Below, in pieces: positions 35,627 to 44,558 of a stretch of 64,000 bases of DNA. Each line of letters starts with the position of its first letter. The first letter of the stretch is position 1. Source of the DNA: Kiritimatiellia bacterium (GTDB lineage Bacteria; Verrucomicrobiota; Kiritimatiellia; RFP12; UBA1067); the NCBI GenBank assembly GCA_045595285.1, contig JAZOAC010000071.1, positions 12,285 to 76,284 on the forward strand, read 5' to 3'. Made by a program: the position numbers and the translations under genes. The notes beneath the pieces were generated by a model. The model searched no databases. It worked only from the letters and a program-made list of their open reading frames with translations, and was not told the DNA's origin.

Positions 35627-38359
35627 ATGAGTTGCAATAGATTGCCGGAATGCGTTCTGATGCTGGTGTGCGTATCGTGCATGTCCGCTTTTGCCGCGAT
35701 TGAGGCCACAGATTTTGTGGATGATGCTCATGCAAATGCAGAGCGGTGGGAATTGTCAGGGACGGAGAAGGACGGCTACGGCAGGAATTTCCAGAATGGA
35801 GGCGAATCGATTACAAGCCCTGTGTACGGCGGTGCCGTGGTGTCGGCAAGCGTTTCCGCGAAAACGTTTTCAATTGGCGACGGTTCTGCTTTGGTGATTG
35901 AAGCGAGACCTGCCGGAGCCGAAGATTGGACGGAGGTGCATAGGTTGGTCTTTGCCAACAACTCCGCCACGAACGAAACCTTCGCTTTGCCACGCGCCGA
36001 CAATTATCGGCAGTTCCGGCTTTCGTTTGTCAAAGGGGAAGGGACGATGCGCGTCGGTTCGTTTGCGGTGGAATGGCGCGCCGACGGAGAGGTGGCGGTT
36101 CCGTCTGGCCTGTCGGCGGGTTCGGTGGAGGCCGATTCGTTCATCGCTTCATGGACGATTGACGAGGCGGTGGAATGTTTCCTCTTCGACTGTTGGCGGG
36201 AATCAATGACCCCATGGACCGGTGATGTGAAATGGGCGGAGACTTTTGAGTGCTGCACTAACGAGACAAGGAGCTCCAAGAGACTGACAGAGGAGATATT
36301 CGACATGTACACGGACCACGCCGGCTGGAGCGGAGACTTTGTGTATGCACCTGAAGCCAGCAAGGGAGTGATTCAGGTGAACAAGGCTTCTGAAAGCGTG
36401 GGGTGGCTTGTGTCGCCTAAGCTGCCGGCGGCCGATTCGGTCGAAATGGTGGTCCGGGCAAGGGCGGTTGCCGATCAGCCAGATCATGTCATGCCGGTAT
36501 TCTTGATCAGAAACGGTGCCACGAACGAGATCGGGTCCTTTGAATTGACGACTTCCTTTGTTGATTGCCATTGTCATTTGCAGGAGGTTCTGGCCGGGGA
36601 CAGACTGGCGTTCAAGTCGTTTTCGGTAGGGGCGAAAAGGCGAGTCCTGATAGATTCCGTTTCTCTTGTCGAAGGATTCGAGCCCGGTCATCCTGAAACG
36701 AACTATGTGTTCGAAAGCGAGATGGTTGAATATTCCGAGATCCCTGAATTCCAAGTGGAGGGGCTTATTCCCGGCTGCGAATACGCTTTTTCAGTGCGGG
36801 CCGTGTCCGGCGAAACAACTTCCGAGCCGTCTGGAGTGCACAAGGTTGTAACGGCGGCCGACGGGGATGTCGATGTTGAAGTGGTTTGGCCCGGCGCCGT
36901 AGCCTCGGAGATAACGCACACTTCGTTTCGGTTGGACTGGCCGATCGTTTCCGGCGCGGCGACGTATCGCATATCGGTATGGACCAATGCGCTGGAGGGG
37001 GCTTCCGCCGGACGGACCGTATGGTCGGAGTCGTTCTCCAAGGCAATGGCGTCCTCTTCTACGACGGCGATTTCGGGTGACGCCAAATTCCATGAGAACT
37101 ATGCGGACAAAGAAGGATGGGTGATTGTCAGCAATGTATATCCATCCGTCGATTCGGGGACGGTGCGTCTGGGCAACACCACAAAGCCCGGAGAGTTGAC
37201 GGTGGCATTCGGACAATTATCTGAGGGCTGCACGCTCCGCGTCAGGGCAAGGCGGCAGACGTCAAAAGACGGAGCGGTATTTTCGGTGAGGAAACTTGTG
37301 GACGGGGAGTTGTCCGAGCTTGGCGAGGCATGTGAAATTGGAGAGGAGTTGACGGAGTGTGTATGGACTCTTCCCGAGATGCATGCAGATGATCGCCTAG
37401 TGTTCCGCTCCGCTTCGGGAAAGGAGTCGTGCCGCACAATCCTTGATGAAGTGGAGATACTTGAGGGATACCTGGCGGGGAGGCCAGTTCCGGACTACGC
37501 CGTGAATGGAGAAGCGATAGCGCAGCCGTTCTATTCTGCATTGGATATGCCGTCTGCCGTATGGACATTTGCCGTAGAGGCGGTGGATGCATCGGGGCGG
37601 GTATTGGTGGCCTCGACGAACAAAGTGGATTTGGTTGATCCTCCGCCGCAACCTGTTTTGGATGCGGTCCTGCTGTCCGAATCCTCCCATAAGGGCGGTA
37701 TGCACATCTGGCAAGAGGATTTTGGATCGTTCACCAATGTGTTCCCGTCTAAAGATAACACCGCCGACTGGCTGAACGGTACGACTCTACCGCATTGGCA
37801 GGCGTATGCCGGAGGGGTTCCGGTGACAGGCATCACACGTAACAATGGTGCGGGAACAAAGAAGGGACTGTATGCATACTGGGCGACAAATGGACTTGCG
37901 TCGACATATTCGCTTGGAGTCATGATGACCGGAACGGCCGAGGAGCTTATTTATGGGCTTGCATTCAAGAACGATACGCCCTTTAGCGCTCGCAAGATCT
38001 CGGTCAACTATGATGGAGTTCAGTTTGGCTTCAAGAATAACGCCCAGCAAGAGCTTTTGTGCGAATGCCTTGTGACGAATGAACTTGTGGCGCTGTCGGT
38101 AGAAGGCGACTGGCGTTCATGTGACGAATTGACGTTCCGTACATCCAGGGACAGCGAATCCGGATTGAAGAGCGGCGAGGATTTGCCTGTGGTGACCGCG
38201 ATATCCTCGGATGTGGTAGGGATGATCGTTCCGAAGGACTTCTATTTCATGATCCGTTGGCGGCGTACGGCCGTCGTGTCCGCCGCTGCGATGGCGATAG
38301 ACAATGTGGTCGTCTCGTTTGAGGTCCAGTCTCGTCCGATGAGAGTTGTAGTGAGGTGA
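35627..38359 (+). CDS. large secreted protein with fibronectin type III-like repeats
   Basis: GGAGG lies upstream of ATG 35627. Signal peptide VLMLVCVSCMSAFAA. FN3-like segments include PSGLSAGSVEADSFIASW, VEGLIPGCEYAFSVRAVSGETTSEPS and SEITHTSFRLDWPIVSGAATYRISVW. Confidence 0.75.
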   Translation: MSCNRLPECVLMLVCVSCMSAFAAIEATDFVDDAHANAERWELSGTEKDGYGRNFQNGGESITSPVYGGAVVSASVSAKTFSIGDGSALVIEARPAGAEDWTEVHRLVFANNSATNETFALPRADNYRQFRLSFVKGEGTMRVGSFAVEWRADGEVAVPSGLSAGSVEADSFIASWTIDEAVECFLFDCWRESMTPWTGDVKWAETFECCTNETRSSKRLTEEIFDMYTDHAGWSGDFVYAPEASKGVIQVNKASESVGWLVSPKLPAADSVEMVVRARAVADQPDHVMPVFLIRNGATNEIGSFELTTSFVDCHCHLQEVLAGDRLAFKSFSVGAKRRVLIDSVSLVEGFEPGHPETNYVFESEMVEYSEIPEFQVEGLIPGCEYAFSVRAVSGETTSEPSGVHKVVTAADGDVDVEVVWPGAVASEITHTSFRLDWPIVSGAATYRISVWTNALEGASAGRTVWSESFSKAMASSSTTAISGDAKFHENYADKEGWVIVSNVYPSVDSGTVRLGNTTKPGELTVAFGQLSEGCTLRVRARRQTSKDGAVFSVRKLVDGELSELGEACEIGEELTECVWTLPEMHADDRLVFRSASGKESCRTILDEVEILEGYLAGRPVPDYAVNGEAIAQPFYSALDMPSAVWTFAVEAVDASGRVLVASTNKVDLVDPPPQPVLDAVLLSESSHKGGMHIWQEDFGSFTNVFPSKDNTADWLNGTTLPHWQAYAGGVPVTGITRNNGAGTKKGLYAYWATNGLASTYSLGVMMTGTAEELIYGLAFKNDTPFSARKISVNYDGVQFGFKNNAQQELLCECLVTNELVALSVEGDWRSCDELTFRTSRDSESGLKSGEDLPVVTAISSDVVGMIVPKDFYFMIRWRRTAVVSAAAMAIDNVVVSFEVQSRPMRVVVR

Positions 38360-38371
38360 TTTGAAACTGAT

Positions 38372-38716
38372 ATGTCCGCCGAGAATAATCTGAAGTCGTT
38401 TGAGTGCCTTGGATGCGGTGCCTGCTGTCGCATACCGAATGGTATAGTTCGCGTTTCCGAAGAGGAGATATTGCGCATATCCGGTTTCCTCGGGATGCCG
38501 GAGCAGGAGTTCATCGCCAACGAGACGGATGTCGCTCCGGATCGGAGCGGGCTCGTCCTCAAGAGCCGGCCAGACAATTCGTGCGTCTGGCTTACGGAGG
38601 ACAATCGCTGCCGTATCCATCCTGTGAAGCCCGAGAAATGCAGGACATTCCCCTATGATTGGGTCAATCCCGATTCGTATGAGGTCTGCGCCGGATTGCG
38701 CAAGACTAGGGTTTAG
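38372..38716 (+). CDS. YkgJ-family cysteine-cluster protein (UPF0153)
   Basis: CLGCGACCR (CxxCxxCC) is present, together with the downstream C..W....RC.IH..KP..C..FP pattern. Confidence 0.8.
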   Translation: MSAENNLKSFECLGCGACCRIPNGIVRVSEEEILRISGFLGMPEQEFIANETDVAPDRSGLVLKSRPDNSCVWLTEDNRCRIHPVKPEKCRTFPYDWVNPDSYEVCAGLRKTRV

Positions 38717-38826
38717 GATATTGTTGTCTTCATGTTAATTCTTGCCGTGCCTTTTGCGGGCTGTCAGGGTGCCATGGACGAGGCCTATGCGCTCGTAGGT
38801 CTGTGTATCTGAGAGTTGATGGCAGG

Positions 38827-38883
38827 AGAAATGTAAAAGTTATGTAAAAAAGTTTTTACATAACTTTTACATTTCTTTTACAT
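38827..38883. repeat. 50-bp perfect AT-rich palindrome (24-bp arms, 2-nt centre) containing ATGTAAAA/TTTTACAT octamers, plus one more TTTTACAT
   Basis: Left arm 38827-38850 is AGAAATGTAAAAGTTATGTAAAAA. The centre is AG. Right arm 38853-38876 is TTTTTACATAACTTTTACATTTCT and is the exact reverse complement, checked base by base. Octamer copies start at 38831 and 38842 (+) and at 38855, 38865 and 38876 (inverted orientation). Confidence 0.9.
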
Positions 38884-38910
38884 TTCCATGACACTTCTCT
38901 TTTCGTTCTT

Positions 38911-38919
38911 TGATATCTT
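38911..38919 (+). promoter_or_regulatory. extended -10-like element TGATATCTT downstream of the palindrome
   Basis: TGATATCTT lies 35 nt after the palindrome and 83 nt upstream of ATG 39003. It has the same TATCTT hexamer as the tRNA-operon element. Confidence 0.35.
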
Positions 38920-39002
38920 TTTCTGCGTATGAGGCGCTGCATGCGCATGGTCGGGTGGCCGTTGCGGATATGCGCCGAAACGAAAAGGAAAGGAACGGAA
39001 CT

Positions 39003-39128
39003 ATGAAGGAAAGACTGATCTGTATCGGCGGTTACATGCTTGCCGCCGCTCTTTCACTGCTGCTGCTTGTCGCGGTTGCCGAGCTGTCAATGCGGGATAC
39101 GGTCCCGTGCGCAACGCTGGAATGGTGA
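39003..39128 (+). CDS. possible small membrane protein (41 aa)
   Basis: AAGGAAAGGAA lies upstream of ATG 39003. It contains a single hydrophobic helix (ICIGGYMLAAALSLLLLVAVA). It is the C-terminal part of track ORF 38910..39128. Confidence 0.3.
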   Translation: MKERLICIGGYMLAAALSLLLLVAVAELSMRDTVPCATLEW

Positions 39129-39141
39129 AGGGGGGTGTGTC

Positions 39142-39738
39142 ATGGATTACTCAAGGAACGATCAGAATGGTGATTTCGAGGTGCGGCCACGCTATGTCTG
39201 CTGCCATCCGAACACTCAGGGGACTGGCACGTCGGTGAAGTTCGAGCTTCATCCAGCGCACGACTATGTTGAAGGGTCTGTGTTTGTCACGTTTGCCTCG
39301 CAGAAGACTCTGGGCTCCTACGGCGGCGGCAAACCGATACCGCCCACGTTCGACTGGGAGAACAGCGTCACGATACGCCTCACGATAAACGAGGTGGCGG
39401 AGATGCTGGAGGTGTTCCGCGGATACCGCGAAAAGTTGGGCGACGGGAAGGGACTGTTCCATACAACGGTGGAGAACAACACCGTCATAACGTTCGAACA
39501 CAGGCTCGAGCCGGCCCCAGGGTACCTCTTTGGGGTCTCACGGAAGAGTGTCGATGGTTCGCTCAAAAGGATGCGGATTCTCATTTCAATGAATGAATCG
39601 ATTGTCCTTTCTGAGGCTTTGGGAGCCTCGATGCTCTATATGGCATTTGGGGTCCCTAAGGTGATCCGGCGTGCCGACAGGAGGGGCGGACAGGAACGGC
39701 AGAAGTCTGTCCCTGTCAAGGAGGTAGCGGTGGCATGA
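39142..39738 (+). CDS. Whirly/PUR-like fold candidate (putative ssDNA-binding protein)
   Basis: GAAGGGGGG lies upstream of ATG 39142. The sequence has two beta4-alpha-like halves. VKFELHPAHDYVEGSVFVTFASQ...FDWENSVTIRLTINEVAEMLEVFRG and GLFHTT..VITFEHRLEPAPGYLFGVS...MRILISMNESIVLSEALGASMLYMAFG parallel the remembered plant Whirly layout (..REGMVMLQFAPA..RQYDWSRKQVFSLSVTEIGSIISLG; EFFHDP..KVLKVEPLPDGSGHFFNLSV..IYIPVTKAEFAVLVSAFNFVMPYLLG). Confidence 0.45.
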   Translation: MDYSRNDQNGDFEVRPRYVCCHPNTQGTGTSVKFELHPAHDYVEGSVFVTFASQKTLGSYGGGKPIPPTFDWENSVTIRLTINEVAEMLEVFRGYREKLGDGKGLFHTTVENNTVITFEHRLEPAPGYLFGVSRKSVDGSLKRMRILISMNESIVLSEALGASMLYMAFGVPKVIRRADRRGGQERQKSVPVKEVAVA

Positions 39739-40877
39739 GGTGCTGGGCGGCAAATTCGGCTTCCATCACGGAGCGTCATGTGCAGGCAATATGGTATGAT
39801 TCCGCATTGCGTCCTGCATGTCTGCGCACTGTTTTGGGCGGCGATGTGTCGGTCGTGGATCCTGGCGTCTGGAACCTGGAGGCGGGACCTGATTTCCGCC
39901 ACGCGGTTCTTGAGCTGGGACGCGACCGGCGCAGGGTCGAGGGTGATGTCGAAGTGCATCTCAAGCCTTCGGACTGGTCGCTTCACGGTCATTCCACCGA
40001 TTCTGCCTACGGCAATGTGGTGGCCCATGTGACATGGCATCAGGGAGATCCACCGCCCGATTTGCCGCCGGGATGCGTCTCCGTGTGCATCGGGAACTTC
40101 CTGCGTGCCCGGAACGACTTCTCTCCGGACGAAATAGACGTTGCGGCGTATCCGTACGCAAAGCTTCCTGCAAGCAGGCGTCCGTGCGAACGCTTCTTCG
40201 GGCAGAACCCCGATCTCGGTCTTGAGGTTCTGCGTGAGGCGGGTCGGCGCAGGCTGCTCGTCAAGGCTCACCGCATGCAGAAGCGGTTCCTTCGTGTAGG
40301 GGATCCTGAGCAGGTGTTCTACGAGGAGATGTTTGCCGCATTTGGATACGCGAAGAATTCGGTTCCGTTTCGGGTTCTCGCGGAAAGGCTTCCGCTGCAG
40401 GATCTGCCCACCTCCGAGGAGATGGCGTGCGAGGCGTTGAACAGCGTCGCTGCGCTTGAGGTCGCGGAGACGCACCCGTGGTGCAGGGCGAACATACGTC
40501 CCGCAAACCGGCCTGAGGTGCGAATGATGGATGCGGCCGCCCTGTTCACGGGCGGCAAGCCGCGCCACCTGGGCGCACGGTTCCTTGCCGCCTTGATGGC
40601 GAACGTGATCGTGCCGTATGCGATTGCGCGGGGCGTGGTGAAGGACGTTCCCAGATGGCTGCCGCCCGAATGCGCAAACGGGGTTACGCGTCTTGCGGCG
40701 TTCAGGCTGTTCGGGAGAGACCATAATCCCGCGCTGTACTCCGGGAACGGCGTACTGCAGCAGGGACTGATTCAGATACATCGCGACTACTGCCTTGCGG
40801 CACATCCGGATTGCGTCGCATGCAGACTTGTCGCGGAACTTGAGAATGTCTGTCGAGAGGAGGAGTCAAATGGATGA
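39735..40877 (+). CDS. DUF2851 family protein
   Basis: The ATGA overlaps the upstream stop. ERHVQAIWYD, VVDPGVWNLEAGPDFRHAVLEL, GDVEVHLKPSDWSLHGH and YGNVVAHV match the remembered DUF2851 N-terminal blocks. Confidence 0.75.
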   Translation: MRCWAANSASITERHVQAIWYDSALRPACLRTVLGGDVSVVDPGVWNLEAGPDFRHAVLELGRDRRRVEGDVEVHLKPSDWSLHGHSTDSAYGNVVAHVTWHQGDPPPDLPPGCVSVCIGNFLRARNDFSPDEIDVAAYPYAKLPASRRPCERFFGQNPDLGLEVLREAGRRRLLVKAHRMQKRFLRVGDPEQVFYEEMFAAFGYAKNSVPFRVLAERLPLQDLPTSEEMACEALNSVAALEVAETHPWCRANIRPANRPEVRMMDAAALFTGGKPRHLGARFLAALMANVIVPYAIARGVVKDVPRWLPPECANGVTRLAAFRLFGRDHNPALYSGNGVLQQGLIQIHRDYCLAAHPDCVACRLVAELENVCREEESNG

Positions 40878-42426
40878 CGAGAGGAAGATGAGATTGGCGA
40901 AATGCTATTCCGGAGCGGTGTCCGGAGTGAGCGCCAGATCGGTGGAGATCGAGGTGTGCGCGTCTGACGGCTCTCCGCAGTTCACTATTGTGGGGCTGCC
41001 TGATACCGCAGTCAAGGAGGCCAAGGACAGGGTGTCTACGGCAATCGGGAATTCGGGGTTCGCCAAGCCCGAGAGGAACATAACGGTGAATCTTGCGCCT
41101 GCTGACGTCAAGAAGGAGGGTCCACTGTACGATCTGCCGATTGCGGTGTGTCTTCTCGCCGCCACGGACAAGGTCCGGTGCAGGGACCTTTCCGAGTGGG
41201 GCATGGTGGGGGAGCTTGCGCTTTCTGGAGAGATTCGAAGGGTGCGCGGTGTCCTGCCGATCGTGATGGAGATGCGGCGAATAGGAAGGAAGGGCGTGCT
41301 GGTCCCTGTGGAAAACGCCGAGGAGGCCGCCGTCGTGGACGGAATATCGGTCTATCCGGTGCGGAATCTCCGGGAGGCATTGGGTTTCCTTACAGAGGAC
41401 GTCGAGATCGCACCTGTGTTTTCGGATATTTCGAGACTCGTCATGGCCGGACGCGATACGGGCGATGACTTTGCGGATGTCAAGGGTCAATACTTTGCAA
41501 AGGAGGCGATTGAAGTCGCCGTTGCCGGCGGACACAATCTGATGATGGTGGGATCTCCCGGCTGTGGCAAGACTATGCTTGCAAGGCGGATTCCGTCTAT
41601 CCTGCCTCCGCTGAGCGTCGAGGAGGCATTGGAGGTCACCCGCATCCATTCCGTGGCCGGCGTTCTGAAGCCCGGACAGCCGCTCATGGTCCATCGGCCA
41701 TTCCGGGCGCCGCACCACACGGCCTCGTCTGCGGGTTTGCTCGGTGGCGGAACGCATCCTGTGCCGGGAGAGGTGTCGCTTGCCCATAGAGGGGTTCTCT
41801 TCCTCGATGAGATGCCTGAGTTCAGCAGACACGCCCTTGAGGTGATGCGACAGCCGCTTGAAGATGGACATGTTGCGATATCGCGTGTGTCTGGGACGTG
41901 CGACTATCCGAGCCGGTTCATGCTGGTGGCTGCGATGAATCCGTGCCCGTGCGGATACTGGGGCGATTCGCACCGGGAATGCAGATGCTCGCGGACAAAG
42001 CGTCTGGAGTACCGCAACAGGGTGTCAGGTCCGCTGCTGGACAGGATAGACATTCAGATCGAGGTCACGCCCGTGTCTTACGAGGAGCTCGCGGAGTTGC
42101 CGACAGGTGAGCCGTCCGCCACGATAAGGGAACGGGTGGTTAGGGCGCGAGAGATCCAGCGCAGACGTTTCGCGGATGACCCTGACGTGTTCTGCAACGC
42201 AGAGATGCGATCAAGGGACATTGCCCGCTACTGTCGGCTTGACCGGGCGGCGCAGGGGATGTTGCGGGAGCGCTTGAGCAAACTGGATCTGTCCGCACGT
42301 GCGTACGACAGGGTGCTGAAGGTCGCGCGGACGATCGCGGATCTCGCAGGGCGTGACGCCGTAGGCGAAGGGGATGTGAACAGGGCGGCCGGGTGGCGGG
42401 CGCTGGACAGGAACTACTGGATGTAG
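40870..42426 (+). CDS. comM: YifB/ComM family Mg-chelatase-like AAA+ ATPase (competence helicase ComM)
   Basis: GGAGGA lies upstream of ATG 40870, and the gene overlaps DUF2851 by 8 nt. The N-terminus is Lon-protease-like (VEIEVCAS..FTIVGLPDTAVKEAKDRV). Also present are GHNLMMVGSPGCGKTMLA, VLFLDEMPEF and the Cys-rich PCPCGYWGDSHRECRC. Confidence 0.9.
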   Translation: MDDERKMRLAKCYSGAVSGVSARSVEIEVCASDGSPQFTIVGLPDTAVKEAKDRVSTAIGNSGFAKPERNITVNLAPADVKKEGPLYDLPIAVCLLAATDKVRCRDLSEWGMVGELALSGEIRRVRGVLPIVMEMRRIGRKGVLVPVENAEEAAVVDGISVYPVRNLREALGFLTEDVEIAPVFSDISRLVMAGRDTGDDFADVKGQYFAKEAIEVAVAGGHNLMMVGSPGCGKTMLARRIPSILPPLSVEEALEVTRIHSVAGVLKPGQPLMVHRPFRAPHHTASSAGLLGGGTHPVPGEVSLAHRGVLFLDEMPEFSRHALEVMRQPLEDGHVAISRVSGTCDYPSRFMLVAAMNPCPCGYWGDSHRECRCSRTKRLEYRNRVSGPLLDRIDIQIEVTPVSYEELAELPTGEPSATIRERVVRAREIQRRRFADDPDVFCNAEMRSRDIARYCRLDRAAQGMLRERLSKLDLSARAYDRVLKVARTIADLAGRDAVGEGDVNRAAGWRALDRNYWM

Positions 42427-42433
42427 GATCGCC

Positions 42434-44017
42434 ATGCGCGCGAACTGGACAGCGTTGCCGATCGTGATTCTCGCCGCAACCCTTATTGCAGGCGAAGCCG
42501 CTGGCTTCACGCTGTCCCGTTTTGCCGGACTCTGGTCATGGGCTGCGGCGTCTGTCATCCTGATGGTGTGTGCGACGGTTGGCTGGAGGGTGCGGCACGT
42601 CGTGCATCTGACCGTGTTTGCTGTCGGTGTCGCGCTCGCATGGCAGGTGGAGTCGAAGAGGATTGCGCTGGATGAACGTTCAGGGACGATTTCCGAGTCG
42701 GGCCGTCCGCCTGCGTTTACGCTGAGGGTTGAAGGCGATGCCGTTTGCCGCCGTGACAGGAAGGGGCATCGCATGGTGAGCTTCAGTTCATCTCTGTCAG
42801 GAGTGCCGGTGAAGGTGATTGCGCAGTTTCCGGAAGATGCTCGTGCGCCGGAGGTTGGTGAACTGTGGCGGTGTGCAGGATGGCTTTCCCGGCGCAAGAA
42901 TTCAGTAAGCCGCTATGCCGGCAGAACTCTGTGGGTGATGGATAGTCGCTTGATCGGGAAGGTCTCCGAGGCTGATGGTCGGTCTGCGGACGTGGCATAT
43001 CGGCGCTTGTCGGATTCGCTTATGCGGCGTGTCGGGAAAGGTGTGGAATGGTCACGTGAACTTCAGTCCTTCAGCGGAGCTATGCTGCTTGGGAGGAGGG
43101 ACGGAATACCGTACGGGCGGCTCGCCGTGTTCGCCGCCGCCGGGACGATACATGTGTTTGCCATATCCGGTCTGCATGTGATGCTGATCGCCGGACTGCT
43201 GAACGGCTTTCTGAAGGCGTTCGGACTCTCGCGGCGAATGTGTGCCGCATGTGCGATACCGATGCTTGCCGGATATGTGATGCTTATTGGCTATCCTCCA
43301 AGTGCGGTGCGTGCGGGATTGATGGTCTCGCTGTATCTTGGCGCGTATCTGTTTGGACGAAGGCCTGATTCGCTTGCGGCATGGGGTGTCGCTGCAATTG
43401 TGATTTTCGGGGTTTCGCCTGAAATGGCGCTGAACGTGGGATGTATGCTTTCATTCTCGGTCATGCTTGGAATCGTGCTCTGGATCAGGTGGTCGGGACA
43501 GTTCGCGTCTCCATTGGACGGTTTGATGCGACTTGCAGCGATAGAATCCATGCTTGGATGCGGACGGCGGAAGAGGGCCGTTCTATGGGTTCATGGAAGG
43601 CTGGAGTGGATTCTCGGTGCGCTTGGGATATCATTTGCCGCATGGATTGCGGGAGCGCCGATAGCGGCAGTGGTGTTCGGACGTCTGGCGCTTGGAAGTC
43701 TGCTCGTGAATGTGGCTGTCGTTCCGCTGGCGGGGATGGCAGTGGCATTCTCGGTGTTTGGGACGATTGCAGCATTCGTGTTGCCGCAGATAGGGATGAT
43801 CTTCAACAACCTTGCCGCTCTGAGCATCTATCTGATGTCGTGGCTTTCCGACATGGTTGTGAAGATTCCGTATTCATCAGTAGAGACCCTGCCATGGAGC
43901 TGGCTCGACTGCCTCATGTGGTATGTGGCATGGTTTGCGTTTTTCGCCCTGCTGACAAGGCATTTGCCGCGCAGGGAGTTCATACACGTAAGGGAATGGG
44001 AGAAAGGCGATGATTAG
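42434..44017 (+). CDS. comEC: ComEC/Rec2 DNA internalisation channel protein (no C-terminal MBL nuclease domain)
   Basis: Polytopic membrane protein. The N-terminal region is DUF4131-like. The competence-domain block is FAAAGTIHVFAISGLHVMLIAGLL. Its length of 527 aa ends right after the TM core. Confidence 0.85.
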   Translation: MRANWTALPIVILAATLIAGEAAGFTLSRFAGLWSWAAASVILMVCATVGWRVRHVVHLTVFAVGVALAWQVESKRIALDERSGTISESGRPPAFTLRVEGDAVCRRDRKGHRMVSFSSSLSGVPVKVIAQFPEDARAPEVGELWRCAGWLSRRKNSVSRYAGRTLWVMDSRLIGKVSEADGRSADVAYRRLSDSLMRRVGKGVEWSRELQSFSGAMLLGRRDGIPYGRLAVFAAAGTIHVFAISGLHVMLIAGLLNGFLKAFGLSRRMCAACAIPMLAGYVMLIGYPPSAVRAGLMVSLYLGAYLFGRRPDSLAAWGVAAIVIFGVSPEMALNVGCMLSFSVMLGIVLWIRWSGQFASPLDGLMRLAAIESMLGCGRRKRAVLWVHGRLEWILGALGISFAAWIAGAPIAAVVFGRLALGSLLVNVAVVPLAGMAVAFSVFGTIAAFVLPQIGMIFNNLAALSIYLMSWLSDMVVKIPYSSVETLPWSWLDCLMWYVAWFAFFALLTRHLPRREFIHVREWEKGDD

Positions 44018-44477
44018 AGAGATGTTCAGGCGTATGTTCCGCAACGGGCAGGTTGCCCTGACGTCAAGCTCGAACGCCAGTGTCCGGAGAGGGACCTGGG
44101 GCGAGAATGTGGCGGCGGCGCATCTCAGGCGCATCGGCTGGCGGATAGTTGGACGGAATGTGCGGCCATGCAAAAGCGATAGGCGCTGTGAACTGGACAT
44201 TGTGGCGTATGTGCCCGGTGAGCGGCAGGTTGTGTTCGTGGAAGTGAAGACACATCGCAGGCATTCGCCATATGCGAGCAGACTATGGGCTATAGATCGC
44301 CGGAAGAGGTCGAATCTGCTGAGGGCGAGCGCAAACTGGCTGATGTCGAGGAAATGGCACGGCAACTGCAGGTTTGACGTGATTGAGGTGTATGGCGATG
44401 AGGCGGGGGCAGCGCCTCCTGAGATTGATCACATCATGAACGTGAAGCTTTTCCCTCCCAACTGGCGCTTTTGGTGA
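44010..44477 (+). CDS. yraN: YraN family (UPF0102) endonuclease-like protein
   Basis: GENVAAAHLRRIGWRIVGRNVR..CELDIVAY....VVFVEVKT and RFDVIEV are present. Overlaps the comEC stop by 8 nt. Confidence 0.85.
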   Translation: MIREMFRRMFRNGQVALTSSSNASVRRGTWGENVAAAHLRRIGWRIVGRNVRPCKSDRRCELDIVAYVPGERQVVFVEVKTHRRHSPYASRLWAIDRRKRSNLLRASANWLMSRKWHGNCRFDVIEVYGDEAGAAPPEIDHIMNVKLFPPNWRFW

Positions 44478-44519
44478 TGACATGGATAGCCGTTGCACAA
44501 AGCGCGAAGCGTTTCGTTT

Positions 44520-44528
44520 TGGTATAAT
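44520..44528 (+). promoter_or_regulatory. extended -10 promoter element TGGTATAAT
   Basis: The context reads TTTTGGTATAAT. It lies 30 nt upstream of ATG 44559. Confidence 0.55.
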
Positions 44529-44558
44529 CCGGCCTGATTAACATAAAGGCCGACAATC

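Noticed and set aside
38827-38883. CRISPR array or CRISPR remnant
   Set aside because: The repeats are only 8 bp, they are arranged as one perfect palindrome without spacers, and no cas genes are present.
38910-39002. Longer version (72 aa) of the small TM ORF starting at 38910
   Set aside because: The start would lie on the putative -10 element. The N-terminal 31 aa are not hydrophobic or conserved-looking. ATG 39003 has a purine-rich SD-like sequence.
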